Positions 49,439-57,731 of a stretch of DNA of 64,000 nt are shown piece by piece; the first letter of the stretch is position 1; each line of letters opens with the position of its first letter. The stretch comes from a virus. The position numbers and the translations under genes are program-made. The notes below the pieces were generated by a model. The model saw nothing but the letters and a program-made list of their open reading frames with translations. It was not told the DNA's origin and made no database searches. Location of the stretch: IMG/VR virus record IMGVR_UViG_3300040751_001853; one strand, written 5' to 3'.

Positions 49439-49914
49439 TTTCAGACGAAGATTTTATGTTTTTGGTTTACGAAAGTAGAAATGCTAGAAGTATTTTGGAG
49501 ATAGGTACAGGTACAGGAAAAAGCACAGCGGCTCTTTCAACAAACGGTTCTCTTATAATGACCATAGATCGAAATGATATATTTAAATATAAAGGCCTAA
49601 AGTATGCAAAAAGACACATAATGGAAAGTAAAGACTTTTGGTTTAATCCACATATGCAATATAACTTGTTGTATGATTTTGTTTTTATTGATGCTTCTAT
49701 TGGCTTAGGTGATTGTGAAGAAATATTAAAAAGAACAACAGATAACTTTAGTGTCGCTTTCCACGATTATCTTCCAGGTAATAAAAATAAAAATGAAAAT
49801 AAAGGTGAATATAATATGAAGTGTTTTAAAGAAGCTGCTTTAGAAAACTATAACATAACGCAACGCACTGGTGGTTCTCATTGTGCTATACTAGACTTAA
49901 ATAAAGATAAATAG
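49435..49914 (+). CDS. Class I SAM-dependent methyltransferase
   Basis: ILEIGTGTGKST, FVFIDAS and AFHDY. Confidence 0.8.
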   Translation: MISDEDFMFLVYESRNARSILEIGTGTGKSTAALSTNGSLIMTIDRNDIFKYKGLKYAKRHIMESKDFWFNPHMQYNLLYDFVFIDASIGLGDCEEILKRTTDNFSVAFHDYLPGNKNKNENKGEYNMKCFKEAALENYNITQRTGGSHCAILDLNKDK

Positions 49915-49918
49915 TTAT

Positions 49919-50392
49919 ATGATTAATCGTATTGATACAAAGTCAGTTAAGATAATCAGATTGGTTTCTGGAGAAGAAATCTGTTGTAGATTTCCTTTAC
50001 ATAAAAATCAACTGCCTGAAAACTCAAAGCTATTAAGATTGCAGGAACCCATGTTAATTAAATATGTTCCTAGAATTACCGAACAAGGCATATCGGACTA
50101 TATAGCTTTGGTTCGCTGGGTTGGTTTTACAGATGAAAAAATAATAACAATTCCTATTGATAAAATTATAACCATAGCAAATGCCACTCCATCATTTACT
50201 AAAAGATATAGTGATCTTACAGTTGCATTGAAAAATGCTAAACAACAGTTGCCTGGTTTTATAGAAAGAAATATGACAGATGACGAAATGGATGAATTAT
50301 CCAATTCCGATCCTTATGAGAAAGATATAGATAAGAATGATGTTAAAGAAGTTAGCGAACTACTAAATATGCCAAGTAAAAAGATTCACTAG
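49919..50392 (+). CDS. Conserved Sm-like-fold protein of T4-like phages
   Basis: KIIRLVSGEEI...LQEPMLI; usual position between uvsW and gp55; GATAAATA 5 nt before the ATG. Confidence 0.6.
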   Translation: MINRIDTKSVKIIRLVSGEEICCRFPLHKNQLPENSKLLRLQEPMLIKYVPRITEQGISDYIALVRWVGFTDEKIITIPIDKIITIANATPSFTKRYSDLTVALKNAKQQLPGFIERNMTDDEMDELSNSDPYEKDIDKNDVKEVSELLNMPSKKIH

Positions 50393-50431
50393 TGAGGTAG
50401 CTAGGTCTTCTCGGTAACAACCCACATGGGT

Positions 50432-50460
50432 ATTATAACAATGAAATTAAATTATGTCAA
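50432..50460 (-). promoter_or_regulatory. Perfect sigma70 consensus promoter oriented antisense
   Basis: Minus strand TTGACA-N17-TATAAT. Confidence 0.65.
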
Positions 50461-50466
50461 GCGACT

Positions 50467-50712
50467 ATGAAAATTAGATTTTACAAAAGATTAGATGGAA
50501 TGAGATGGGTAGGGTTTATACTCGCTATGATAGGCGCCTACATACTTTCAAATGCAAATCCTGTTACACAATGGATGGGATGGGCAATTGCAACAGTATC
50601 TTGTAGTATCTGGATATACATGGGTATAAAAGATAAAGACACACCTAGAGCACTCATGGAACTTATGTATCTATTACTTGCATTAAGAGCTATTTACAAT
50701 TGGTTAATATGA
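50467..50712 (+). CDS. Small multi-pass membrane protein
   Basis: Two to three hydrophobic helices. Confidence 0.6.
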   Translation: MKIRFYKRLDGMRWVGFILAMIGAYILSNANPVTQWMGWAIATVSCSIWIYMGIKDKDTPRALMELMYLLLALRAIYNWLI

Positions 50713-51389
50713 GGTTAGAACTATCAACACACGGGAAAAAACTAATCAAACTATATGAACATATGGCTAAAAAAGGTTATAATAAAACCGACGGAAATAG
50801 AGTTGAGAATGCCTTTGATAATTTTGAAATAAGAAAGTTTAGAAAAATAATAAAAAAGAAGATAAACAATATAGAAATTAACAGTTTATTAGACTATGGT
50901 GGAGGTGGATCAAATTGGAATAAACTTAATTTTGAACCTACAACTGGAGAGTCTGCAAAACAATTTTTTAATATAGATAAAGTAGCTGTATTTGAACCAG
51001 CAAGAAATTTAAACAATAAAGTGAAATCTGATTGTGTTGTTTGTATAGATGTGTTAGAACATATCTTTTTAGCAGATGTAACAAATGTTGTAGATGAACT
51101 TTTTTCACTTGCAAATAAAATATTAATCATAAATGTTGCGTGTTATAAAGCAGCTGCATTACTACCAAATGGTGAGAATGCTCATATAACAGTTAGATCA
51201 CCTGATTGGTGGAAAGGTTTAATTGATAGTATTGCAACAAAACACGAAAATATTGAGGTTGTTTTGATATGCTCAAACACATTTAACTCTGGAGTTATTT
51301 ACGAAACATTTAAAACAAAAGATTGGCACTCCTCTAAAACTTATACAATAGGGTTCAAATATAGAACTTTTGGTACCGTGGACCATTGA
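50700..51389 (+). CDS. SAM-dependent methyltransferase-like protein
   Basis: LLDYGGGG, VCIDVLEHI and AHITVRSPDWW. Confidence 0.75.
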   Translation: MVNMRLELSTHGKKLIKLYEHMAKKGYNKTDGNRVENAFDNFEIRKFRKIIKKKINNIEINSLLDYGGGGSNWNKLNFEPTTGESAKQFFNIDKVAVFEPARNLNNKVKSDCVVCIDVLEHIFLADVTNVVDELFSLANKILIINVACYKAAALLPNGENAHITVRSPDWWKGLIDSIATKHENIEVVLICSNTFNSGVIYETFKTKDWHSSKTYTIGFKYRTFGTVDH

Positions 51390-51414
51390 CAAAAACAACA
51401 AAATATAGTATTAT
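51386..51414 (+). promoter_or_regulatory. Sigma70-type promoter for gp55
   Basis: TTGACA-N17-TATTAT, with the ATG following after 6 nt. Confidence 0.7.
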
Positions 51415-51420
51415 ATAATT

Positions 51421-51972
51421 ATGACTAAAACTAGAAAAAGATCAGCACATTATGTAGATAACAAAAAGTTTCTACAGGCGATGATAGAGTATAAGGATAA
51501 GTGTGATAAGGCAGAAAAAAGAAATAGAAAAACACCACCAGTTACAAATTATATTGGTGAATGTTTTTTAAAGATTGCAAATCACTTATCTTATAGACCT
51601 AATTTTATTAACTATACCTTTAGAGATGATATGATTTCTGATGGTATAGAAAACTGTTTACAATATCTTAAAAACTTTAATCCTAAAAAGTCAAATAATC
51701 CATTTGCTTATTTTACACAAATCATTTACTATGCCTTTATTAGAAGAATACAAAAAGAAAAGAAACAAACAAACATTAAGTATAGAATGATTGAACAAGG
51801 CAACATAGATGAATTTTCTGTACTACCTGGTGATACACAAAATGATTATAAGAATCAGTTTTTAGAATTTTTAAGAAAAAATAAACCATCAACTGAGGAA
51901 CAACCAACAGCTAGTGAGATAAGAATTAAGAAAAGAAAAAAAAGAACCTATACTAGCGTATTAGATATATAA
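51421..51972 (+). CDS. gp55: Late-transcription sigma factor
   Basis: HYVDNKKF, YIGECFLKIA, DMISDGIENC and NPFAYFTQI. Confidence 0.96.
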   Translation: MTKTRKRSAHYVDNKKFLQAMIEYKDKCDKAEKRNRKTPPVTNYIGECFLKIANHLSYRPNFINYTFRDDMISDGIENCLQYLKNFNPKKSNNPFAYFTQIIYYAFIRRIQKEKKQTNIKYRMIEQGNIDEFSVLPGDTQNDYKNQFLEFLRKNKPSTEEQPTASEIRIKKRKKRTYTSVLDI

Positions 51973-53039
51973 TGAAGATTGCCCTATTGAATGATACCCA
52001 TTTTGGCGTGAGAAATGACTCTCAAGCATTTAGAGAATATCAATTAAGATTTTATAATGAAATCTTTTTTCCCTACTTACAAGAACACAATGTAAAAACA
52101 TTGGTTCACCTGGGCGATGTTGTTGATAGAAGGAAGTTTATTAACTTTCAAACCGCTTCTGTTTTTAGAAAACAATTTTGGGATAGACTATATGAAGAAC
52201 AAATTGATACACATATTATTATAGGGAACCACGATACATACTTTAAAAATACAAATGACGTAAATGCTATAGAAAATTTATATTCATCATTTGATAAAAG
52301 ACATGAGCCATGGATATATACAAAGTCAACTGTTGTAGATTTTGATGGTACATCTATTTTATTTGTGCCTTGGATTTGTGATGACAACTATGAACACTCT
52401 ATGGAAATGTTAAAAACAGCCAAAGCAGATTTATGTTTTGGTCATTTAGAAATCAAAGGTATTGAAATGCAAAATGGTGTAATTAATGAACACGGTTTAG
52501 CAAAATCAGATTTTAATAGATTTGATAGAGTTATATCAGGCCACTTTCATAAACATACAGATGATGGCCAAATACACTACAACGGTGCTCAATATGAGAT
52601 GACATGGTCTGACTACCAAGACCCTAAAGGATTTCATATCTTTGATACAGAAACTAGAGAAATAACTAGAGTACGTAATCCACTTACCATACACAAAAAA
52701 ATAATTTATGATGATAAAAAGAAAGACTATAAAAATTATGATATAAAAGAATATCACAACCACTTTGTTAAATTAATTGTATTAAACAAGACCGATAACG
52801 AGGTATTTGACAAATTCGTAGAAAGATTGTATAATGAGATAACAGTACATGACTTAAATATTGTAGAAGATTATTCAGATATTAAAGCTAGTGTAAGAGA
52901 AGATATATTAGAAATGGGCGAAGATACAGTTACATTCCTAAATAACTATGTTGATCAATTAGAAACAGATGTGAGTAAAACTAAACTAAAAGAATATTTA
53001 AAATCAATTTACATTGAGGCTAGTGATAATAAGGTATGA
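51972..53039 (+). CDS. gp47: Recombination endonuclease subunit (Mre11/SbcD-like)
   Basis: DTHFG, HLGDVVDRR, GNHD and SGHFH. Confidence 0.95.
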   Translation: MKIALLNDTHFGVRNDSQAFREYQLRFYNEIFFPYLQEHNVKTLVHLGDVVDRRKFINFQTASVFRKQFWDRLYEEQIDTHIIIGNHDTYFKNTNDVNAIENLYSSFDKRHEPWIYTKSTVVDFDGTSILFVPWICDDNYEHSMEMLKTAKADLCFGHLEIKGIEMQNGVINEHGLAKSDFNRFDRVISGHFHKHTDDGQIHYNGAQYEMTWSDYQDPKGFHIFDTETREITRVRNPLTIHKKIIYDDKKKDYKNYDIKEYHNHFVKLIVLNKTDNEVFDKFVERLYNEITVHDLNIVEDYSDIKASVREDILEMGEDTVTFLNNYVDQLETDVSKTKLKEYLKSIYIEASDNKV

Positions 53040-54748
53040 TATATTTTAAAAAATTAAGATGGCGTAATTTTCTATCTACAGGTAATCAGTTTTTAGAAGT
53101 TGACCTAGCAAAATCACCATCAACACTTATCATAGGAACAAACGGTGCAGGTAAATCAACAATGCTTGACGCATTGTGTTTTGCTTTATTTAATCGTGCT
53201 TTTAGAGATATTAAAAAAGAACAATTGGTTAATACAATTAATTCAAATGATTGTGAAGTAGAATGTGAGTTTGAAACTGCTAACAAAAAATACAGAATTG
53301 TAAGAGGTATTAAACCAAACAAATTTGAAATTTATTGTAATGACGTAATGTTAAACCAGGATGCTTCTAACGTAGATTATCAAAACACATTAGAACAAAA
53401 TATTTTAAAATGTAATTATCGTGCCTTTTGTCAAGTTGTTATACTAGGCTCTACTTCATATGAGCCATTTATGCATTTACGTGCCAGATACAGACGAGAA
53501 GTTGTAGAGGAAATATTAGACATACGAGTTTTTAGTCACATGGACCTACTGTTAAGACAAAAACAAGGCGAATTGAACAAATCGGTTATTGACGTAAAAC
53601 ATAGATATGATTTAATGACTGAAAAATATGAGTTACAAAAGAAACATTTTGATGAAATAAAAAATAGAGATACCACAGACATAGAAAATAGAAAACAACA
53701 ACTAAAAGAAAATGAACAAAGCAACTATGAGTATAATCAAAAGCTACAATTATTAAATGAAAAAATTATATCCACAAAAGCGGAAGTATGGGGTGCTGAA
53801 AAATATACAAGAAAATCAAATGAACTTAATAAACTAGAATCAAAGATAGAAACCAATTTATCATCACATAAAAAAACATTATCATTTTTTCAAAACAATG
53901 ACAACTGTCCTACTTGTACACAACCAATTGATGAACAATTTAAACTAAACAAAATCAATAGTGAAGCAAACAAAATATTGGAATTAGAACAAGGACTAAC
54001 TCAACTGACAGCTGAGATGGGTAAAACAAACGAAAAAATTAACGAATACAAAGCAGTAGAAAAAAAACTTAATGAGTTAGATATATCTGTTGCAAAAATT
54101 AATACCTCTATTTCAGAAATCAATAGACACTCAAATAGACTAGATAACGAAATTGCTAAACTAGAAAATGACGATACTAATACAAATGTTATTCAAAAAG
54201 AATTAGAAAAAATACAGGAAGACCTAAAAGATGTTAATGTAGAAAAACAAAAGGCTGTAGAAGAAAAGAAATATATTGATATTGCTAGAGAAATATTAAA
54301 TGACACAGGTGTTAAGGCTAATATTATCAAAAAGTATCTACCTATAATGAATAATTTAATTAATAAGTATTTACAATCTATGGACTTCTTCGTTAACTTT
54401 CATTTAGATGAAGAATTTAACGAAACAATAAAAAGTAGATTTAGAGATACTTTTAACTATAATAGTTTTAGTGAAGGTGAAAAGTTAAGAATAGACTTAG
54501 CACTACTGTTTACATGGAGAACTATTGCTAAAATGAAAAATAGTACAAATACAAATCTATTAATACTAGACGAAATATTTGATAGTAGTTTAGATGGTCA
54601 AGGAACAGACGACTTTTTTAAAATACTTAAAACATTAACAAACGAAAATACTTTTATTATATCTCACAAAGGTGATATACTATTTGATAGATTTACGAAT
54701 ATAATTAAATTTGAAAAGTATAAAAATTTTACGAGGTTAGCACAATGA
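53036..54748 (+). CDS. gp46: Recombination endonuclease ATPase subunit (Rad50/SbcC-like)
   Basis: GTNGAGKST, CPTC hook, SFSEGEK and LDEIFD. Confidence 0.96.
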   Translation: MIYFKKLRWRNFLSTGNQFLEVDLAKSPSTLIIGTNGAGKSTMLDALCFALFNRAFRDIKKEQLVNTINSNDCEVECEFETANKKYRIVRGIKPNKFEIYCNDVMLNQDASNVDYQNTLEQNILKCNYRAFCQVVILGSTSYEPFMHLRARYRREVVEEILDIRVFSHMDLLLRQKQGELNKSVIDVKHRYDLMTEKYELQKKHFDEIKNRDTTDIENRKQQLKENEQSNYEYNQKLQLLNEKIISTKAEVWGAEKYTRKSNELNKLESKIETNLSSHKKTLSFFQNNDNCPTCTQPIDEQFKLNKINSEANKILELEQGLTQLTAEMGKTNEKINEYKAVEKKLNELDISVAKINTSISEINRHSNRLDNEIAKLENDDTNTNVIQKELEKIQEDLKDVNVEKQKAVEEKKYIDIAREILNDTGVKANIIKKYLPIMNNLINKYLQSMDFFVNFHLDEEFNETIKSRFRDTFNYNSFSEGEKLRIDLALLFTWRTIAKMKNSTNTNLLILDEIFDSSLDGQGTDDFFKILKTLTNENTFIISHKGDILFDRFTNIIKFEKYKNFTRLAQ

Positions 54749-55302
54749 TATATGAGTTATTACCACCATCTGATCCAAGAGTACTATCAAGCATAGCACC
54801 TTTTGATATTGAAACATTTAAGAAACAAGAAAAAATAGAACTAAAAGAATTTGTAGATAATATGTTTGAAACTATGAAAAAATATGGAGGTATTGGATTA
54901 TCAGCTAATCAAGTAGGCAAACCATATAGAATGTTTATAATGGGAGCTCATCCTGAAATACATAAAAGTAAAAGGTGGACTTGTATAAATCCTACAATAG
55001 TTGAGGAAAGTAAACAAACAACCAGACTCAAAGAAGGATGCTTAACTTTCCCTTTTCTATTTTTAGATATAGAAAGACCAAGTGCTGTAAAAGTTAAATA
55101 CCTTGATGAGGATTTAAAAGAACAAGAAGAAGATATGATTGGCATTGTTAGTAGATGTTATCAACATGAGCTAGATCATATGAACGGTACAGTTTTTACA
55201 GAAAAGGTTAGTAAGTTTAAATTAGACTATGCTCTTAAAAAAAGAGATAAAGAAATAAGAAAGGCACAAGAATTATGGAAACAACAATCTGCAAAGAAAT
55301 AG
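54745..55302 (+). CDS. def: Peptide deformylase
   Basis: GIGLSANQVG, EGCLTF and QHELDH. Confidence 0.95.
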   Translation: MIYELLPPSDPRVLSSIAPFDIETFKKQEKIELKEFVDNMFETMKKYGGIGLSANQVGKPYRMFIMGAHPEIHKSKRWTCINPTIVEESKQTTRLKEGCLTFPFLFLDIERPSAVKVKYLDEDLKEQEEDMIGIVSRCYQHELDHMNGTVFTEKVSKFKLDYALKKRDKEIRKAQELWKQQSAKK

Positions 55303-55919
55303 ATTTACCTCACTATAAAAATAGTTTAGCTAACTGTTGCGATTTCATAGATAACATAGAATTTTCAGCTGTAAAAACGAAATATAACGAAAAATTAAAA
55401 TGGGATGAATCCCAACCAGATAAAACTTGGTATGGATGGGAAGCTATATCTATAAAAGGATATAGTGATGATGTGTTGAATATATTAAAACCAGGTGTTC
55501 TAAAAAGTGGCGTAGAGGTACAACCTTTAAGATGGACATATCTATACGAGCAATCTGAAATGTTACCTATAAAAGAAATTCTATCTCATATACCTGCTGA
55601 ATTTGATAGAGTTAGAATAATGAGATTAAGAGCAGGAACATCTATTTCAAAACACACAGACAAAGTTGATAAAGAAATAAAAGACGGCAAATTAGTAAGA
55701 TTACATGTCCCATTAAGAACTGATAAGAACGTACATTTTTATCTATGGGAAGATAAGAAAGAACACCATTTTAATTTAGAAATAGGTAAATACTATTACG
55801 TTGATGTATCTAAACCTCATGCTGTACATAACAAATCTTTATATGATAGATTACATTTAGTTATAGATTGTTATATGAACCCTAAATTAGAAAACTTATT
55901 AAAACAAAGTGAAGAATAA
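55275..55919 (+). CDS. AspH-like 2OG-Fe(II) oxygenase
   Basis: RVRIMRL, KHTD, RLHVPL, PHAVHN and DRLHLVID. Confidence 0.85.
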   Translation: METTICKEIDLPHYKNSLANCCDFIDNIEFSAVKTKYNEKLKWDESQPDKTWYGWEAISIKGYSDDVLNILKPGVLKSGVEVQPLRWTYLYEQSEMLPIKEILSHIPAEFDRVRIMRLRAGTSISKHTDKVDKEIKDGKLVRLHVPLRTDKNVHFYLWEDKKEHHFNLEIGKYYYVDVSKPHAVHNKSLYDRLHLVIDCYMNPKLENLLKQSEE

Positions 55920-56145
55920 AAAGACATACATACACGTTAATCAACACGTTATACGAGCAAATAAAAAACACGATAAAAACGATCCTGTAATTACAATTAA
56001 ATCAGGCAAAACTAATACTTATTGCCATGAGGTAGAAATATTAGGCCCTAGTAAAATTGTCTATGGTGGTAATGATAAACCCTTACTAAATTGTGGTGCT
56101 CGAGTAGTAATAGAAACTGAAAGTCCTGTAGAGGTAGTTAAATGA
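55909..56145 (+). CDS. Conserved small phage protein
   Basis: IHVNQHVIRAN...CGARVVIET, a widespread T4-like family. Confidence 0.7.
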   Translation: MKNKKTYIHVNQHVIRANKKHDKNDPVITIKSGKTNTYCHEVEILGPSKIVYGGNDKPLLNCGARVVIETESPVEVVK

Positions 56146-56576
56146 TATTTGCTGAAAAAAAAGATTTTAATAAAGTAAAAGAAATATTTTATAGCCACAA
56201 GAAGTGGTTTCCTCATGTAAGAACAGATTATATGATGAGAATGATTAATAAAAAACAACTTATTTTAGAAGATGGTATATTGATTACGTTTCATCACGCA
56301 AAAAGAAGACAAAAAATAGGTGATGTACAAGTAGAAAAAGGTGATACTGTATTACACCAGATTGCAAGTGATTCGCCAGGTTCTGGTACTGCTCAATCAA
56401 TTCTTAATAATTTCTTTGAGTATTGCCCAAAAGACGTATTTTTATCAGTAAGAGCTGACAACTTGACAGCAAACAAGTTTTATGTTAAAATGAATATGAA
56501 TTTAATCGGGACAACAAGTTGGTCAAAAGGCACAATCCCTGGTAATGTATATGTCAAACGCAAAAGAAGTAGTTAG
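56142..56576 (+). CDS. GNAT-family acetyltransferase
   Basis: LHQIAS..PGSGTA and LSVRADNLTANKFY. Confidence 0.75.
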   Translation: MIFAEKKDFNKVKEIFYSHKKWFPHVRTDYMMRMINKKQLILEDGILITFHHAKRRQKIGDVQVEKGDTVLHQIASDSPGSGTAQSILNNFFEYCPKDVFLSVRADNLTANKFYVKMNMNLIGTTSWSKGTIPGNVYVKRKRSS

Positions 56577-57630
56577 AGATTGGAAAGATAATAAAGGATT
56601 CCCATACTATCCTGAAGATAGAAAATGGCGTAATGATGAATTTCAAAAATTATTATCATTTAATAGAGATACCATATTAGATACACAGAATAAAATTATA
56701 GGTCAATCAACACATGGGTTAACACTTGCATGGTCTTATATGCACCACGCATGGGGTATTAAATGTGGTAAAATGAAAACACCTATGGATATATGGGAAG
56801 ACGAAGAACATTTAGAAAAAGGCATTAGTAAAATACTTACAGGAACTTTCTTTACTAAACGAGAAGCACATAAAATTACAGAGTCAGATATGAGAGCTAT
56901 GTTGCGAAGATATAGTGGTACTCAAATGGTATCTAATTTTAGACCTACAGCAGCCGCAACTTTATATGATATATTTGTAGAAAAAGATAGTCCATTAGAA
57001 GGAACAGAAGCAGGTACAGTATGGGATCCTAGTATGGGTTACGGTGGTCGTTTAATGGGTGCAATTGCAGCTGGCGTTAATTACATAGGCACAGACCCTT
57101 GTGTTCCTACATATGCAGGTTTAGAAAAGATTAGAGATGAGTATGGCCACTCTCATAAAAAATATGTGCTATTAAAACAAGGTAGTGAAACTTATATACC
57201 TACTGAAAATAGTTTGGACTTTGTATTTACAAGTCCACCTTATTTAGGACACGAACAATATGGTGATGAACCAGAACAATCATTTAATAAATTCAAACAA
57301 CAAGATGAATGGCGTAATGGTTTCCTATTACAAACTATTAAAAATGCACACACAGGTCTAAAACCTGGCAAAAGAGCTGCGTTTAATGTTGCAAATGTTA
57401 AATCATATAAAACATTTGAGGAAGATACATATGATTGTATGGTTGAGGCAGGATTTAAAGATATAGAAATATGGTGGTTGTCATTATCAACACAACAAGG
57501 TACACAAACACAATCTACACTAGATGGTGATTCTGTAGAGTCCAAACAAAAGAATAATTATATAGGTCGATTCGCAAGACCTGACATTCCAGGACGTAAA
57601 TATGAGCCAATATTCATAGGAATTAAATAA
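56545..57630 (+). CDS. Amino-DNA methyltransferase (SPPY type, N4-C or N6-A)
   Basis: Motif I WDPSMGYGGR followed by motif IV FTSPPY; start probably 56551. Confidence 0.8.
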   Translation: MYMSNAKEVVRDWKDNKGFPYYPEDRKWRNDEFQKLLSFNRDTILDTQNKIIGQSTHGLTLAWSYMHHAWGIKCGKMKTPMDIWEDEEHLEKGISKILTGTFFTKREAHKITESDMRAMLRRYSGTQMVSNFRPTAAATLYDIFVEKDSPLEGTEAGTVWDPSMGYGGRLMGAIAAGVNYIGTDPCVPTYAGLEKIRDEYGHSHKKYVLLKQGSETYIPTENSLDFVFTSPPYLGHEQYGDEPEQSFNKFKQQDEWRNGFLLQTIKNAHTGLKPGKRAAFNVANVKSYKTFEEDTYDCMVEAGFKDIEIWWLSLSTQQGTQTQSTLDGDSVESKQKNNYIGRFARPDIPGRKYEPIFIGIK

Positions 57631-57700
57631 AAAAACATATGTTCTTGTTTTGTTCTCAAAATTATTCCTAAAAACCTAGTAAATACGTTACCTTTAGTGC

Positions 57701-57729
57701 TTGACTTTTAGAGTGTTTTAATATAGCAT
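57701..57729 (+). promoter_or_regulatory. Sigma70-type early promoter
   Basis: TTGACT-N17-TAGCAT. Confidence 0.7.
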
Positions 57730-57731
57730 AA

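Noticed and set aside
50401-50427. 8-codon minus-strand ORF after the antisense promoter
   Set aside because: It is too short to support as coding and is treated as part of a possible antisense RNA.
34168-54748. Introns, inteins or homing endonucleases in gp17, gp20, gp23, uvsW or gp46
   Set aside because: The ORFs are uninterrupted and of ordinary length, with no LAGLIDADG, HNH, GIY-YIG or intein motifs seen.
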